From positions 1 through 64,000 of IMG/VR virus record IMGVR_UViG_3300027985_000661: 64,000 nucleotides of DNA, one strand, 5' to 3'. The DNA comes from a virus. Positions within the stretch are counted from its first letter, which is position 1. Each line of letters starts with the position of its first letter. The position numbers and the translations under genes are program-made. This document shows positions 1-7,667 of this stretch, piece after piece. The notes beneath the pieces were generated by a model. That model did no database searches, was not told the origin of the DNA, and saw only the letters and a program-made list of their open reading frames with translations.

Positions 1-569
1 GCTGTTTGTTGTCGATTTTCTTTTAAAGCAGCAGCATTAGCATTAGCGGCAGCATAAGCAGCATTAGCGGCAGCATAAGCAGCATTAGAGGCATCTGCGT
101 AAGTATTAGCAGCATTAGCGGCAGCATAAGCAGCATTAGCGGCAGCATAAGCAGCATTAGCGGCATCTGCGTAAGTATTAGCAGCAGTAGCGGCAGCATA
201 AGCAGCAGTAGCAGAAGTAGCAGCGGCATAAGAGGCATTGGCAGTAACATCGGCATAAGCAGCATAAGCAGCAGTAGCAGCAATATCTAACTCTTCTTTA
301 GTAGCCAATCCGTTACCAAAATCTATAGCTACTTGTATGGCCTTTTTAGATCGCTCATCTTTCATTAGATGTTCTACAGTCTTAGCACAATACGCCTTGG
401 TTAATGTAAGGGTTCTCAAATTCATGCTTATGCTCTCATCAAACCATAACATCCAATCGCCTCTGTTACAATTCTCCCATGCTGTTTTGATATCGGGTTG
501 AGTGTTAAACCATTTTAGTCCTGGCCTGCATGGTATATATTTTTCAAGTATTTCTATATCTTTGTTCAT
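1..569 (-). CDS. Imm5-like phage protein with C-terminal Ala/Tyr/Asn (AAYAA) repeats; runs off the left edge
   Basis: Read by hand from ATG at 569: MNKDIEILEKYIPCRPGLKWFN...RGDWMLWF...AYCAKTVEHLMKDERSKKAIQVAIDFGNGLATKEELDIAATAAYAAYA...ALKENRQQT, with no stop before position 1. Absent from the ORF track. The family call is from recalled motif resemblance. Confidence 0.75.
   Translation of the reverse strand, partial: MNKDIEILEKYIPCRPGLKWFNTQPDIKTAWENCNRGDWMLWFDESISMNLRTLTLTKAYCAKTVEHLMKDERSKKAIQVAIDFGNGLATKEELDIAATAAYAAYADVTANASYAAATSATAAYAAATAANTYADAANAAYAAANAAYAAANAANTYADASNAAYAAANAAYAAANANAAALKENRQQT
28..283. repeat. Coding tandem repeat: 21-bp units (gcagcattagcggcagcataa) nested in a 72-bp period
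   Basis: gcgtaagtatta occurs at 97 and 169 (72-bp spacing). The unit encodes NTYADAANAAYAAANAAYAAANAA. Confidence 0.9.
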
Positions 570-575
570 TTTGAT

Positions 576-878
576 TTATTTAAGATTATATATCTCTTTT
601 TCTTCAACAAATTTCCACATTTTTAAAGCAAATTCTTCTATTAATTCTTTAGAAGATTCTGCTGTAGTTATTTCAAAAATATTACAATACTGCCCTGAAA
701 TAAAACATTCCCATACTCCGTCGTGAAATATAACTGCTATGTCTGGTGTATAGATTAGAAATTTAGTTTTTTTTGTTCTATTACTTTTACCTAAACATAA
801 TACTAAATATGTAAGTATGTTTAAAATATGAACTTTTATACTAGCTCTTATTATCTCTATGTGATGAGGAGTTGCCAT
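576..878 (-). CDS. Hypothetical protein
   Basis: 100-aa ORF in a tightly packed leftward gene run. Confidence 0.6.
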   Translation of the reverse strand: MATPHHIEIIRASIKVHILNILTYLVLCLGKSNRTKKTKFLIYTPDIAVIFHDGVWECFISGQYCNIFEITTAESSKELIEEFALKMWKFVEEKEIYNLK

Positions 879-1125
879 TTTTTAGATTTATTTGATTTAA
901 AATGACTATGTATTTATCTATTCCCCATAGGAATATACTTCCGTAAAAATAAACACCGAAAGAGTAGCCTCCTATTAAAGAAAATAATTCCACGTTATTT
1001 AGTAAAGTATTTTTACAAACTAACAGTCCTGCTAACAAGCAGAATGAAATTATAGACAGCAGTAAACTTCCTGCAATTAAGGTCGCTAAACCTATAATAT
1101 TAATTATTTTTATGATTATTTTCAT
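841..1125 (-). CDS. Hypothetical membrane protein (2 TM)
   Basis: Two long hydrophobic segments. Confidence 0.65.
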   Translation of the reverse strand: MKIIIKIINIIGLATLIAGSLLLSIISFCLLAGLLVCKNTLLNNVELFSLIGGYSFGVYFYGSIFLWGIDKYIVILNQINLKNGNSSSHRDNKS

Positions 1126-1242
1126 AATTTATAGGTTTTTTGTCTGTTTTCTGATTTAAAGTTTTAAATATTTTTTTCCCTTCTTTATTATAATATGTTC
1201 GTATTATATAAAAAGGCGTGACATAAATATGAAATCTAGTAC

Positions 1243-1344
1243 TCATGTTGTTAGAATATAAATGGTTAAACATCCTATACCTATACAAAAAGTAAATACA
1301 GATATAATAAAGAATACTAACAGTGCTATTTCTTTTAATTTCAT
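1243..1344 (-). CDS. Small single-TM peptide (33 aa)
   Basis: MKLKEIALLVFFIISVFTFCIGIGCLTIYILTT, with an A-rich leader and an ATGA overlap into the next ORF. Confidence 0.5.
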   Translation of the reverse strand: MKLKEIALLVFFIISVFTFCIGIGCLTIYILTT

Positions 1345-1349
1345 TTTGA

Positions 1350-1511
1350 TTAATTTAAAAGAGTTGCTGTTAAAATGGCGTAACCTACTAATATTACAAT
1401 CATACATAGTAGCGTTGTCCAAAATCCGTTTTCTAGGTTGATTTTTTTCATTTTTATAGATTTATAGTAATCATATAATGTTACTGCTATTATAACTATT
1501 AAATATTTCAT
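1350..1511 (-). CDS. Small hydrophobic peptide (53 aa)
   Basis: MKYLIVIIAVTLYDYYKSIKMKKINLENGFWTTLLCMIVILVGYAILTATLLN; it may start at the internal Met. Confidence 0.45.
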   Translation of the reverse strand: MKYLIVIIAVTLYDYYKSIKMKKINLENGFWTTLLCMIVILVGYAILTATLLN

Positions 1512-1637
1512 TATTTAGATTATTAAATAAAAGTAAGGCATTGGAACGCCGTGCCCTATCCCAAGTTTACGACTTTTTCCTTTGAACAAGCTTTAAGGAT
1601 TATCTATAAATACCTTACTTTTATATTGTTATTATCT

Positions 1638-1934
1638 CTAATTTAATTCGTACATTAAGTCTAATAGTCTAGCAGGGAAATGTATAATCCCTTTAGGGTA
1701 GTTCGACGGAGCCCCTTTAAATACATTTGCTGTATCTAATAAGTGGCTTTTAAATGTTTTTTCTCCAGAAGTGATACCTACAAGTATCATTTCTCTTTCT
1801 TCGTGGTATCCTAATATAAGTCCGTGGTTTATTTTATCTTCAGTTTGATTTGTTTGCTTGTCCACTATTTTATATATAAACTTTACGACTTTATATTTGT
1901 ACCTCTCAAAAATTTCTTTAGTATTCGATGTCAT
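1638..1934 (-). CDS. Hypothetical protein
   Basis: 98-aa ORF with an A-rich leader. Confidence 0.65.
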   Translation of the reverse strand: MTSNTKEIFERYKYKVVKFIYKIVDKQTNQTEDKINHGLILGYHEEREMILVGITSGEKTFKSHLLDTANVFKGAPSNYPKGIIHFPARLLDLMYELN

Positions 1935-1960
1935 TGATGTGTTTTGTGTGTATTTGTTTT

Positions 1961-2125
1961 TTAAATGATTATAAATCCTTTTATTATCTCTTCTAATTTA
2001 TATTCAAAATTAGTAGATTCTACAAACATATAAAATAACTTTTCTTCCGCTTCTTTGCGACTGGTGGCTATTATTAATATTGGCTTTTGTATTATGTCAG
2101 TAGTAAATTTGTATAAATTTAACAT
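1961..2125 (-). CDS. Hypothetical protein (54 aa)
   Basis: MLNLYKFTTDIIQKPILIIATSRKEAEEKLF...; below the ORF-track size cut-off. Confidence 0.55.
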   Translation of the reverse strand: MLNLYKFTTDIIQKPILIIATSRKEAEEKLFYMFVESTNFEYKLEEIIKGFIII

Positions 2126-2500
2126 GGCTAATTGATTTAGTTAATAAATATAAATTAATGTTATTAGGTTATATTTTCTTATTATATAGTGGGTGTGTCT
2201 CCAGCATATAAGTAAGTATAGTATAACCTAATTCGCACAATTAGTTTACTATTATTAGGACATTGTCTTAAAATAAAGAGCCTTAATGCTTTGTACGAAG
2301 CGTGCTTTTTCATAAACTATACGATAATACTTTTCAGTATTAAAGGCTTGAATTTTATTTATTTCATTTCAAGCTGCCTCCTCATTTTACCCTTATCATG
2401 AATAGATAAAATGATTTACATTGTCACCTATAACCTTCGCGACGGTTAAGTACAGTGCTTTGTCAGAGGGCATTTTATACTCTTGCCCAGGAGTGTTATT

Positions 2501-2839
2501 TTATTTCTTTTTTATATCTTTTAATTGCTCAGTTATATTCATTAGCTCCTCTCTATCCCATGTTAATGGAATTATAATCTCTGTTTTCATATATACTTTA
2601 GCTACTCTTTGTAGACTTAAAGTAAATACGTGTATCATCTCTTCTGCATATGTTGTGTAGAAATGAGAAGAAAAGATATTATTTTTTAAGTAGTTAGAAA
2701 TTTCATTCGGACTATGCATTACATAACTTAATGATAATGTTTTGTCCGTGTTTGGAAAATAGAATGAATAAATGTTATTTGGATTTTTTACCAATTCTAC
2801 TCCTTTGAATTTCTCTTCTACTATTTTTGAATTAATCAT
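2501..2839 (-). CDS. Hypothetical protein
   Basis: Track ORF 2501..2911. The ATG at 2839 (MINSKIVEEK) follows the upstream stop and is the likelier start. Confidence 0.6.
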   Translation of the reverse strand: MINSKIVEEKFKGVELVKNPNNIYSFYFPNTDKTLSLSYVMHSPNEISNYLKNNIFSSHFYTTYAEEMIHVFTLSLQRVAKVYMKTEIIIPLTWDREELMNITEQLKDIKKK

Positions 2840-2846
2840 GATATTG

Positions 2847-3071
2847 TTATTTACGTGAATATTTTGATATTTCTGGCACCCAGCTAGAATAGTCACAATA
2901 ATCATAATCATTGATTATGTTTTTATTATGTGGTATTTCTGGTTCGTCTATAAGATGAATATGAATATGATGTTTCCATACTCTCCTTATTGTCCGCCAA
3001 TACGTTGAAGTTCTTTTTACTCCGTGTTTTGGCTTATCTTTGATAAATGGTTTTCTGTAACTTCTGCTCAA
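2847..3071 (-). CDS. Small basic phage protein (MSRSYRK-type)
   Basis: Basic N-terminus SRSYRKP and C-terminal DYDYCDY, a pattern seen in small phage proteins. Confidence 0.65.
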   Translation of the reverse strand: MSRSYRKPFIKDKPKHGVKRTSTYWRTIRRVWKHHIHIHLIDEPEIPHNKNIINDYDYCDYSSWVPEISKYSRK

Positions 3072-3166
3072 ATTGTTAATTTAATAAAGTTAATACAAAC
3101 GCTATATAAGTGTCAATAAAATGATAATTTTAGGTGTATTGATATTGAGTGATATAGAGGGTTGGG

Positions 3167-3289
3167 TTATAAACAACCCCTTACCCTCTCATTTTCTTTA
3201 GCTTTTAAATACCTATTATAATGTATTTTTAATCTAAGTATGTTAATACTTGTGATTATTAAGCCTGCAATAATTACTAATATTATCAT
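3167..3289 (-). CDS. Small single-TM peptide (40 aa)
   Basis: MIILVIIAGLIITSINILRLKIHYNRYLKAKENERVRGCL. Confidence 0.45.
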   Translation of the reverse strand: MIILVIIAGLIITSINILRLKIHYNRYLKAKENERVRGCL

Positions 3290-3398
3290 GTCGTTGTGTT
3301 TTAAATTAATAGTTAAAGTAGAGGATGTATACCCATTGATCACAATCCCCTACTATATGTCTGTGCGTGGCCCGCACAAGACGAGCCACTTACAGTAT

Positions 3399-3974
3399 TT
3401 AATCTTCAATATCAGCGCTCGTACTCTCAGGTTTGATACCCAATCTTTCTAGTGCGAAAGCATATTGTTGAGCTACTGCTTCAGGTCTTTCTTCCAGAGT
3501 ACCTCTGTTGATGAAGAAACTAACCTCATTTCTTTCTACTCCATCTTTATCTGCATAAGATACTGGAGTTGGCATAACAATGAATTTACCCTCCATTTCC
3601 ATCTTAGTTACTGGAATAGGAATATAGTCACCATTGTTATCAGTTTTTTCTGCTACAAGAATACCTTTATTGTTCTCTGTAGCCCATTCAGGTTCGATAC
3701 ATTCATCAATTAACCATTGGAAATCATCAGCATCATGTAGATCAGATAATGTGTGAATCTTTCTACCTGCTGCTTTCTGGCCTCCTCTACGCACACCACC
3801 TACTGTATGTGTACCATTAGTTAATTCAATTACTACATACCTCATGTCTTTACCTGCATGTTTAGATAATGATTTTTTATCGTATGTATATTCTCTGATT
3901 ACATTTCCTGTTTTAGCTTCAGGGATAATCTTAATTCCGTAGACTTTGTAGTCTCCAATTACTGCATTTGCCAT
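3399..3974 (-). CDS. First gene of the leftward block; beta-rich protein with acidic tail (possibly nucleic-acid binding)
   Basis: 191-aa ORF ending STSADIED, followed by strong hairpins. The function is inferred only. Confidence 0.75.
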   Translation of the reverse strand: MANAVIGDYKVYGIKIIPEAKTGNVIREYTYDKKSLSKHAGKDMRYVVIELTNGTHTVGGVRRGGQKAAGRKIHTLSDLHDADDFQWLIDECIEPEWATENNKGILVAEKTDNNGDYIPIPVTKMEMEGKFIVMPTPVSYADKDGVERNEVSFFINRGTLEERPEAVAQQYAFALERLGIKPESTSADIED

Positions 3975-4080
3975 AGCGTTTTATCTTTATATTATTAATA
4001 CTCAACTGAATTTGATACGGGGGTCTTCCATCCCCATTCCGCATAGGGGGCACTTGAATTATGGTGGCTTAGACATTCTG

Positions 4081-4103
4081 ATATATATATATATATATAT
4101 ATA
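4081..4103. repeat. (AT)11 microsatellite in the divergent intergenic region
   Basis: atatatatatatatatatatata seen directly. Confidence 0.95.
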
Positions 4104-4246
4104 AAATTTGGCGGGGGTACTTTTATTATATTGGGTTAGGCACTCTAATATACATATATAAAAAAATTATAAAAAAAATTTTACAACACTGGTTACTCTA
4201 CCCCATGATTGGGGTCTCGGGGGTTGAGGAGCGAACGCAGTGAGAG

Positions 4247-4274
4247 GTAACTATATTAATACATATTCGTATAA
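4247..4274 (+). promoter_or_regulatory. ECF-sigma-like promoter upstream of ferritin
   Basis: GTAAC-N16-CGTATAA; one of seven copies. Confidence 0.7.
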
Positions 4275-4303
4275 AATAGTTAGTTAACTAAATTATAATT
4301 ATA

Positions 4304-4849
4304 ATGGAAAAACAGATTAAGTATAGAGTACCCTCTTCTATAACTAAAACTACAGGTAGTAAAGAGAGGCTATCTAAAGATATTAAGGATAAATTAAATA
4401 CTCAAATAGAGAATGAGCTATACGCAGCTCACTTATATAGATCAGCTTATATATGGGCGAAATTTAATGGGCTAACAGGGACAGCTAAATTTTTAGAGAA
4501 TGCCCCGGCAGAGGAAACAGGCCATGCTAATAAAGTATATAGTTATCTAATGGATAAAAATTGTATGCCTATTACTCCTGCTGTAAAAGCTCCTATTAAT
4601 GAATTTAAAGGTATAAAAGACATTATAGAAAAAGGGTATGAACATGAAATATTTGTAACAACCTCCTATAATGAATTAGCAGATTTGGCTTTAAAAAATA
4701 AAGACTATAGTACACTTGAGTTCGCACAATCTGTGTTAAAAGAACAAGTAGAGGAAGAGGCTAAATTTCTAGATATACTAGATAGGATAGAATTCTTAGA
4801 AAAAGAGGGAGTAGGACTATTAGAAATAGATCACGAATTGGGAGATTAA
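4304..4849 (+). CDS. Non-haem ferritin (FtnA-like)
   Basis: LNTQIENELYAAHLY...EETGHA...HEIFVT...EQVEEE matches the ferroxidase-centre pattern of bacterial ferritins. Confidence 0.9.
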   Translation: MEKQIKYRVPSSITKTTGSKERLSKDIKDKLNTQIENELYAAHLYRSAYIWAKFNGLTGTAKFLENAPAEETGHANKVYSYLMDKNCMPITPAVKAPINEFKGIKDIIEKGYEHEIFVTTSYNELADLALKNKDYSTLEFAQSVLKEQVEEEAKFLDILDRIEFLEKEGVGLLEIDHELGD

Positions 4850-4861
4850 TTTCTCCCTTTT
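4840..4861 (+). terminator. Intrinsic terminator after ferritin
   Basis: GGGAGA-ttaatt-TCTCCC followed by TTTT. Confidence 0.7.
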
Positions 4862-4888
4862 GTAACCTTTATTTTTACTGTTCGTAAA
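4862..4888 (+). promoter_or_regulatory. ECF-sigma-like promoter upstream of a non-coding region
   Basis: tGTAAC-N16-CGTAAA. Confidence 0.7.
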
Positions 4889-4892
4889 CACA

Positions 4893-5140
4893 TAATTAGA
4901 AACTGAAGCATAAGATACTTCAGCGACTAGCGTTTAAAGTTCTCTTATAGTAGGGACACGATAAACTTCACTAACCTAATAAAAGATGGAAGAGTGTTGG
5001 ATCAGGCAAATTATCTACTGCATAAGTTCTGCTCTTACCGCCTTAACCGAGTAAGACAATACTGAAGGAGCAGGAGGTCGAGCATTTAGCTCCCTCGTAG
5101 GGAATTCACAAACCATGGGGGGACAAGGGTTTTCTTTTTT
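4893..5140 (+). ncRNA. Candidate stand-alone structured ncRNA (about 250 nt)
   Basis: Has its own promoter motif, several stems (CTGAAG/CTTCAG, TTCTGCTCT/GGAGCAGGA, TCTTAC/GTAAGA, GAGC/GCTC) and a T-run at the end. No sizeable ORF (only a 22-codon one noticed). GC-richer than its flanks. Confidence 0.45.
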
Positions 5141-5263
5141 AGTACGTTCTAGTAATACTCCTGTTGTACTAGGACTACACTAACACCTTAACTTCCTTGG
5201 TTGTTAGTATTAATGCATGTTATGCGAATTAAAATAATATTAAAAAAAATAATGGAATAAATT

Positions 5264-5290
5264 GAAACTTATTCCTTTTTATTTCGTTAT
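5264..5290 (+). promoter_or_regulatory. ECF-sigma-like promoter
   Basis: tGAAAC-N16-CGTTAT, upstream of the ATG at 5317. Confidence 0.7.
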
Positions 5291-5316
5291 ATAGTTATAA
5301 TTAAAATATAACTCTT

Positions 5317-5493
5317 ATGGAACATATATCTGAATGCCGGAGATGCAAAGAAATATTTATGGTAGAAGAAAGGGAAGATATTTGCCCAGACTGTTTAGAT
5401 AAAGATATTGCCTTTGCTTTATTTTGTAGGTCCAATAAATCTTTAGAGGGCAAAGACGTTAAGTATGATAGTCTTAAAGGATTAAAGAAATGA
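5317..5493 (+). CDS. Small Zn-finger protein (CxxC...CPxC)
   Basis: MEHISECRRCKEIFMVEEREDICPDCLDKD...; 58 aa, ATGA overlap with the next ORF. Confidence 0.7.
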   Translation: MEHISECRRCKEIFMVEEREDICPDCLDKDIAFALFCRSNKSLEGKDVKYDSLKGLKK

Positions 5494-5666
5494 GAAATAA
5501 AGATAAAAAATGTATAAATTATTACGACTGTGATTCGTATAGTACAGACATTAAAAATGCAATACAAGAGTACCTAAAAAGTACGACAGAATGCAATACT
5601 TTAAAAATAGCACATAATTTATATAACGATACTGAAATTGTATATAATGTACGAACCGAAGAGTGA
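5490..5666 (+). CDS. Hypothetical protein (58 aa)
   Basis: MRNKDKKCINYYDCDSYSTDIKNAIQEYLK...; coupled to the previous ORF. Confidence 0.55.
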   Translation: MRNKDKKCINYYDCDSYSTDIKNAIQEYLKSTTECNTLKIAHNLYNDTEIVYNVRTEE

Positions 5667-5994
5667 GCTACCTTATGAAACATTAACCCCTTCTCAAGTA
5701 AGGGAAATAGAGAACCTGGACAGATTACCAATCCCCTACTCCCAGTTACCCATCCGACCAAACTCTAAAATAGAAATAGAAGAGGAAATAATTAAGGGTA
5801 AAAAATGGACAGTTTATTATTATACTGTAAATGATTGGGATACCTACTTAAGAGTTAAAGTAAACGGCGCCACTATTAAATATGTGGAATATAAACAAGG
5901 TATCAGGGTCGTACCTACCTCCCCTATTATAGAAGATCCATTAATAAACGAAATATTAGAACTTATAGACGATGATCAAAACTTACCCTATTAA
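5638..5994 (+). CDS. Hypothetical protein
   Basis: 118-aa ORF in an operon-like run. Confidence 0.65.
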   Translation: MYIMYEPKSELPYETLTPSQVREIENLDRLPIPYSQLPIRPNSKIEIEEEIIKGKKWTVYYYTVNDWDTYLRVKVNGATIKYVEYKQGIRVVPTSPIIEDPLINEILELIDDDQNLPY

Positions 5995-6253
5995 AATATT
6001 CTATGAAAATAGTTTAGAAAAACTAGTTTACGGAGATAAAGTAGTAAATCTTAAGAACAATGGAGCAAGGGGCAGAATATACGGCCCCGCCCCTAAAAAC
6101 GATGATATGAGAGAATGGAGGCCTTTTGTGTACGCTTTAAGCGAAAGTGGATATGAAAAACATTCTAAGGAATGGGAGAATGATATAATAAACTCAGTTT
6201 TAGATAATTTAAAAGGAACCGATTTTAGTAAAATAACTAATATACTTTATTAA
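5972..6253 (+). CDS. Hypothetical protein
   Basis: 93-aa ORF overlapping its neighbours. Confidence 0.6.
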   Translation: MIKTYPIKIFYENSLEKLVYGDKVVNLKNNGARGRIYGPAPKNDDMREWRPFVYALSESGYEKHSKEWENDIINSVLDNLKGTDFSKITNILY

Positions 6254-6426
6254 TGGGATTTGGACAAGGACATTTGAGGTTAACGTGCATCGCTCCGGAA
6301 TGTACTAATAAAGTAGAAAGCAGCGTAGGGTTTGAAAACGTCTATTGCAAAGAATGCCTAGCAAGCATAGAGTTATACAATTCCCTGCTAAAAGTCAACA
6401 ACAATAAAAACGAAGAAGATGATTAG
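6253..6426 (+). CDS. Small Cys4 protein
   Basis: MGFGQGHLRLTCIAPECTNKVESSVGFENVYCKECLASIE...; TAATG overlap. Confidence 0.65.
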   Translation: MGFGQGHLRLTCIAPECTNKVESSVGFENVYCKECLASIELYNSLLKVNNNKNEEDD

Positions 6427-6610
6427 TAAAGGAAGAGACGTAGAAGAACATATAAAGGCTGATATAGGGTATAGAGAAAGTAGTAATTCTTGCCAAAATT
6501 GTAAATATAGTATATGTGAAAGCCCCTCGTTTTTATACTGCCGTTATAATCCCTCATTTAAATTAAAAGTAAAACATTTAGGTATCTGCGATAAACAAAT
6601 TAGAATATGA
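6419..6610 (+). CDS. Small Cys-rich protein
   Basis: SCQNCKY...C...YC...GICD pattern. Confidence 0.65.
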   Translation: MISKGRDVEEHIKADIGYRESSNSCQNCKYSICESPSFLYCRYNPSFKLKVKHLGICDKQIRI

Positions 6611-6963
6611 TAAATACATTTAATGACTACCAAGTCGCCGCTTTAACAACGGCACAATACCCAAGAACCGTAGTAATGAAGTCGGCTAAAACAGCCTCCT
6701 ACATTTATCCGGCCCTAGGCTTGGCCGGTGAAGCTGGCGAAGTAGCTGAGAAGGTTAAGAAATTATTACGGGATAAACTAGGGGACTGGGATGAACTTGA
6801 TAAAGAGAATATCAAAAAAGAACTAGGAGATGTATTATGGTATGTAGCTGTATTGGCACATGAATTCGGAATTGATTTGCAAGATGTTGCAAATGGTAAT
6901 ATAAATAAACTTTCTTCTAGAAAAGAAAGAGGGGTAATACACGGGTCTGGAGACAATAGATAA
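6607..6963 (+). CDS. mazG: MazG-like nucleotide pyrophosphohydrolase
   Basis: LGLAGEAGEVAEKVKK...KKELGDVLWYVA...GSGDNR is a typical phage MazG-like signature. Confidence 0.9.
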   Translation: MINTFNDYQVAALTTAQYPRTVVMKSAKTASYIYPALGLAGEAGEVAEKVKKLLRDKLGDWDELDKENIKKELGDVLWYVAVLAHEFGIDLQDVANGNINKLSSRKERGVIHGSGDNR

Positions 6964-7136
6964 TGGCACATTATAAGGATTTAACTAGAAAGAACTGTAT
7001 AGTATGCAATGAAACATACTTCGATAAGGATCCTAATTCATTAACCTGTTCCAAGGTATGTAAAGAAATAGCATTAGATAAAGTAAAAGAAAGAAGTAAA
7101 GATGTATACAGAAATGAAACTGATCCAAGGGGATGA
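6963..7136 (+). CDS. Small Zn-finger protein (CxxC...CSxxC)
   Basis: MAHYKDLTRKNCIVCNETYFDKDPNSLTCSKVCKEIA...; TAATG overlap. Confidence 0.65.
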   Translation: MAHYKDLTRKNCIVCNETYFDKDPNSLTCSKVCKEIALDKVKERSKDVYRNETDPRG

Positions 7137-7440
7137 TCCCTTTAAAAATTTAATACCCAGCTCTTTTGAACTTGGGGGAACTACTTATAAAGTAGAGCAG
7201 GTGGATAATTTATTAGAAGGAGATAACGTGGCATTCATTAACTTCCCTACATCCACTGTTAGAATAGCAAACCAATTTAAAGGGAGCACATGCTCTGCTT
7301 CCTATAAAGAGGTGTCCTTCTACCATGAATTAGTACACGGTATATTAGATACAATGGGGCAATCCGAACTATCCTCTGATGAGGTATTTGTAGAAGGATT
7401 TGCTAACTTGTTACATCAATATATAAAAACAGCCAAATAA
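7102..7440 (+). CDS. Small zincin-like metallopeptidase
   Basis: HELVH motif followed by a downstream Glu (DEVFVEGFA). Confidence 0.75.
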   Translation: MYTEMKLIQGDDPFKNLIPSSFELGGTTYKVEQVDNLLEGDNVAFINFPTSTVRIANQFKGSTCSASYKEVSFYHELVHGILDTMGQSELSSDEVFVEGFANLLHQYIKTAK

Positions 7441-7613
7441 AAAATGATTACCCACATGATAAAATATTAACAGAGGTAGAAAGAAAAAATATCCTAGGCT
7501 ATACACAATTATAGAAAAATACATTGAAGATTTTATCTTTATAAGTTTTGCATTAGTTTTTAATGCTACTTTAATTTTATTTGATATTTTGTTATAACTT
7601 TATTATATTTTTT

Positions 7614-7640
7614 GTAACCTTAAGTATATAATAACGTAAA
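7614..7640 (+). promoter_or_regulatory. ECF-sigma-like promoter
   Basis: tGTAAC-N16-CGTAAA upstream of 7668. Confidence 0.7.
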
Positions 7641-7667
7641 AGAACGCATATAACCCAATAAATAATC

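Noticed and set aside
23-283. Leu/Met-rich 86-aa ORF in the track
   Set aside because: It is an alternative frame of the Ala-rich repeat. The frame starting at 569 gives a coherent protein.
28-283. Possible CRISPR array or DGR repeat
   Set aside because: The repeats are contiguous and codon-phased with no unique spacers. No reverse transcriptase or adenine-specific TR/VR pair was seen in the window.
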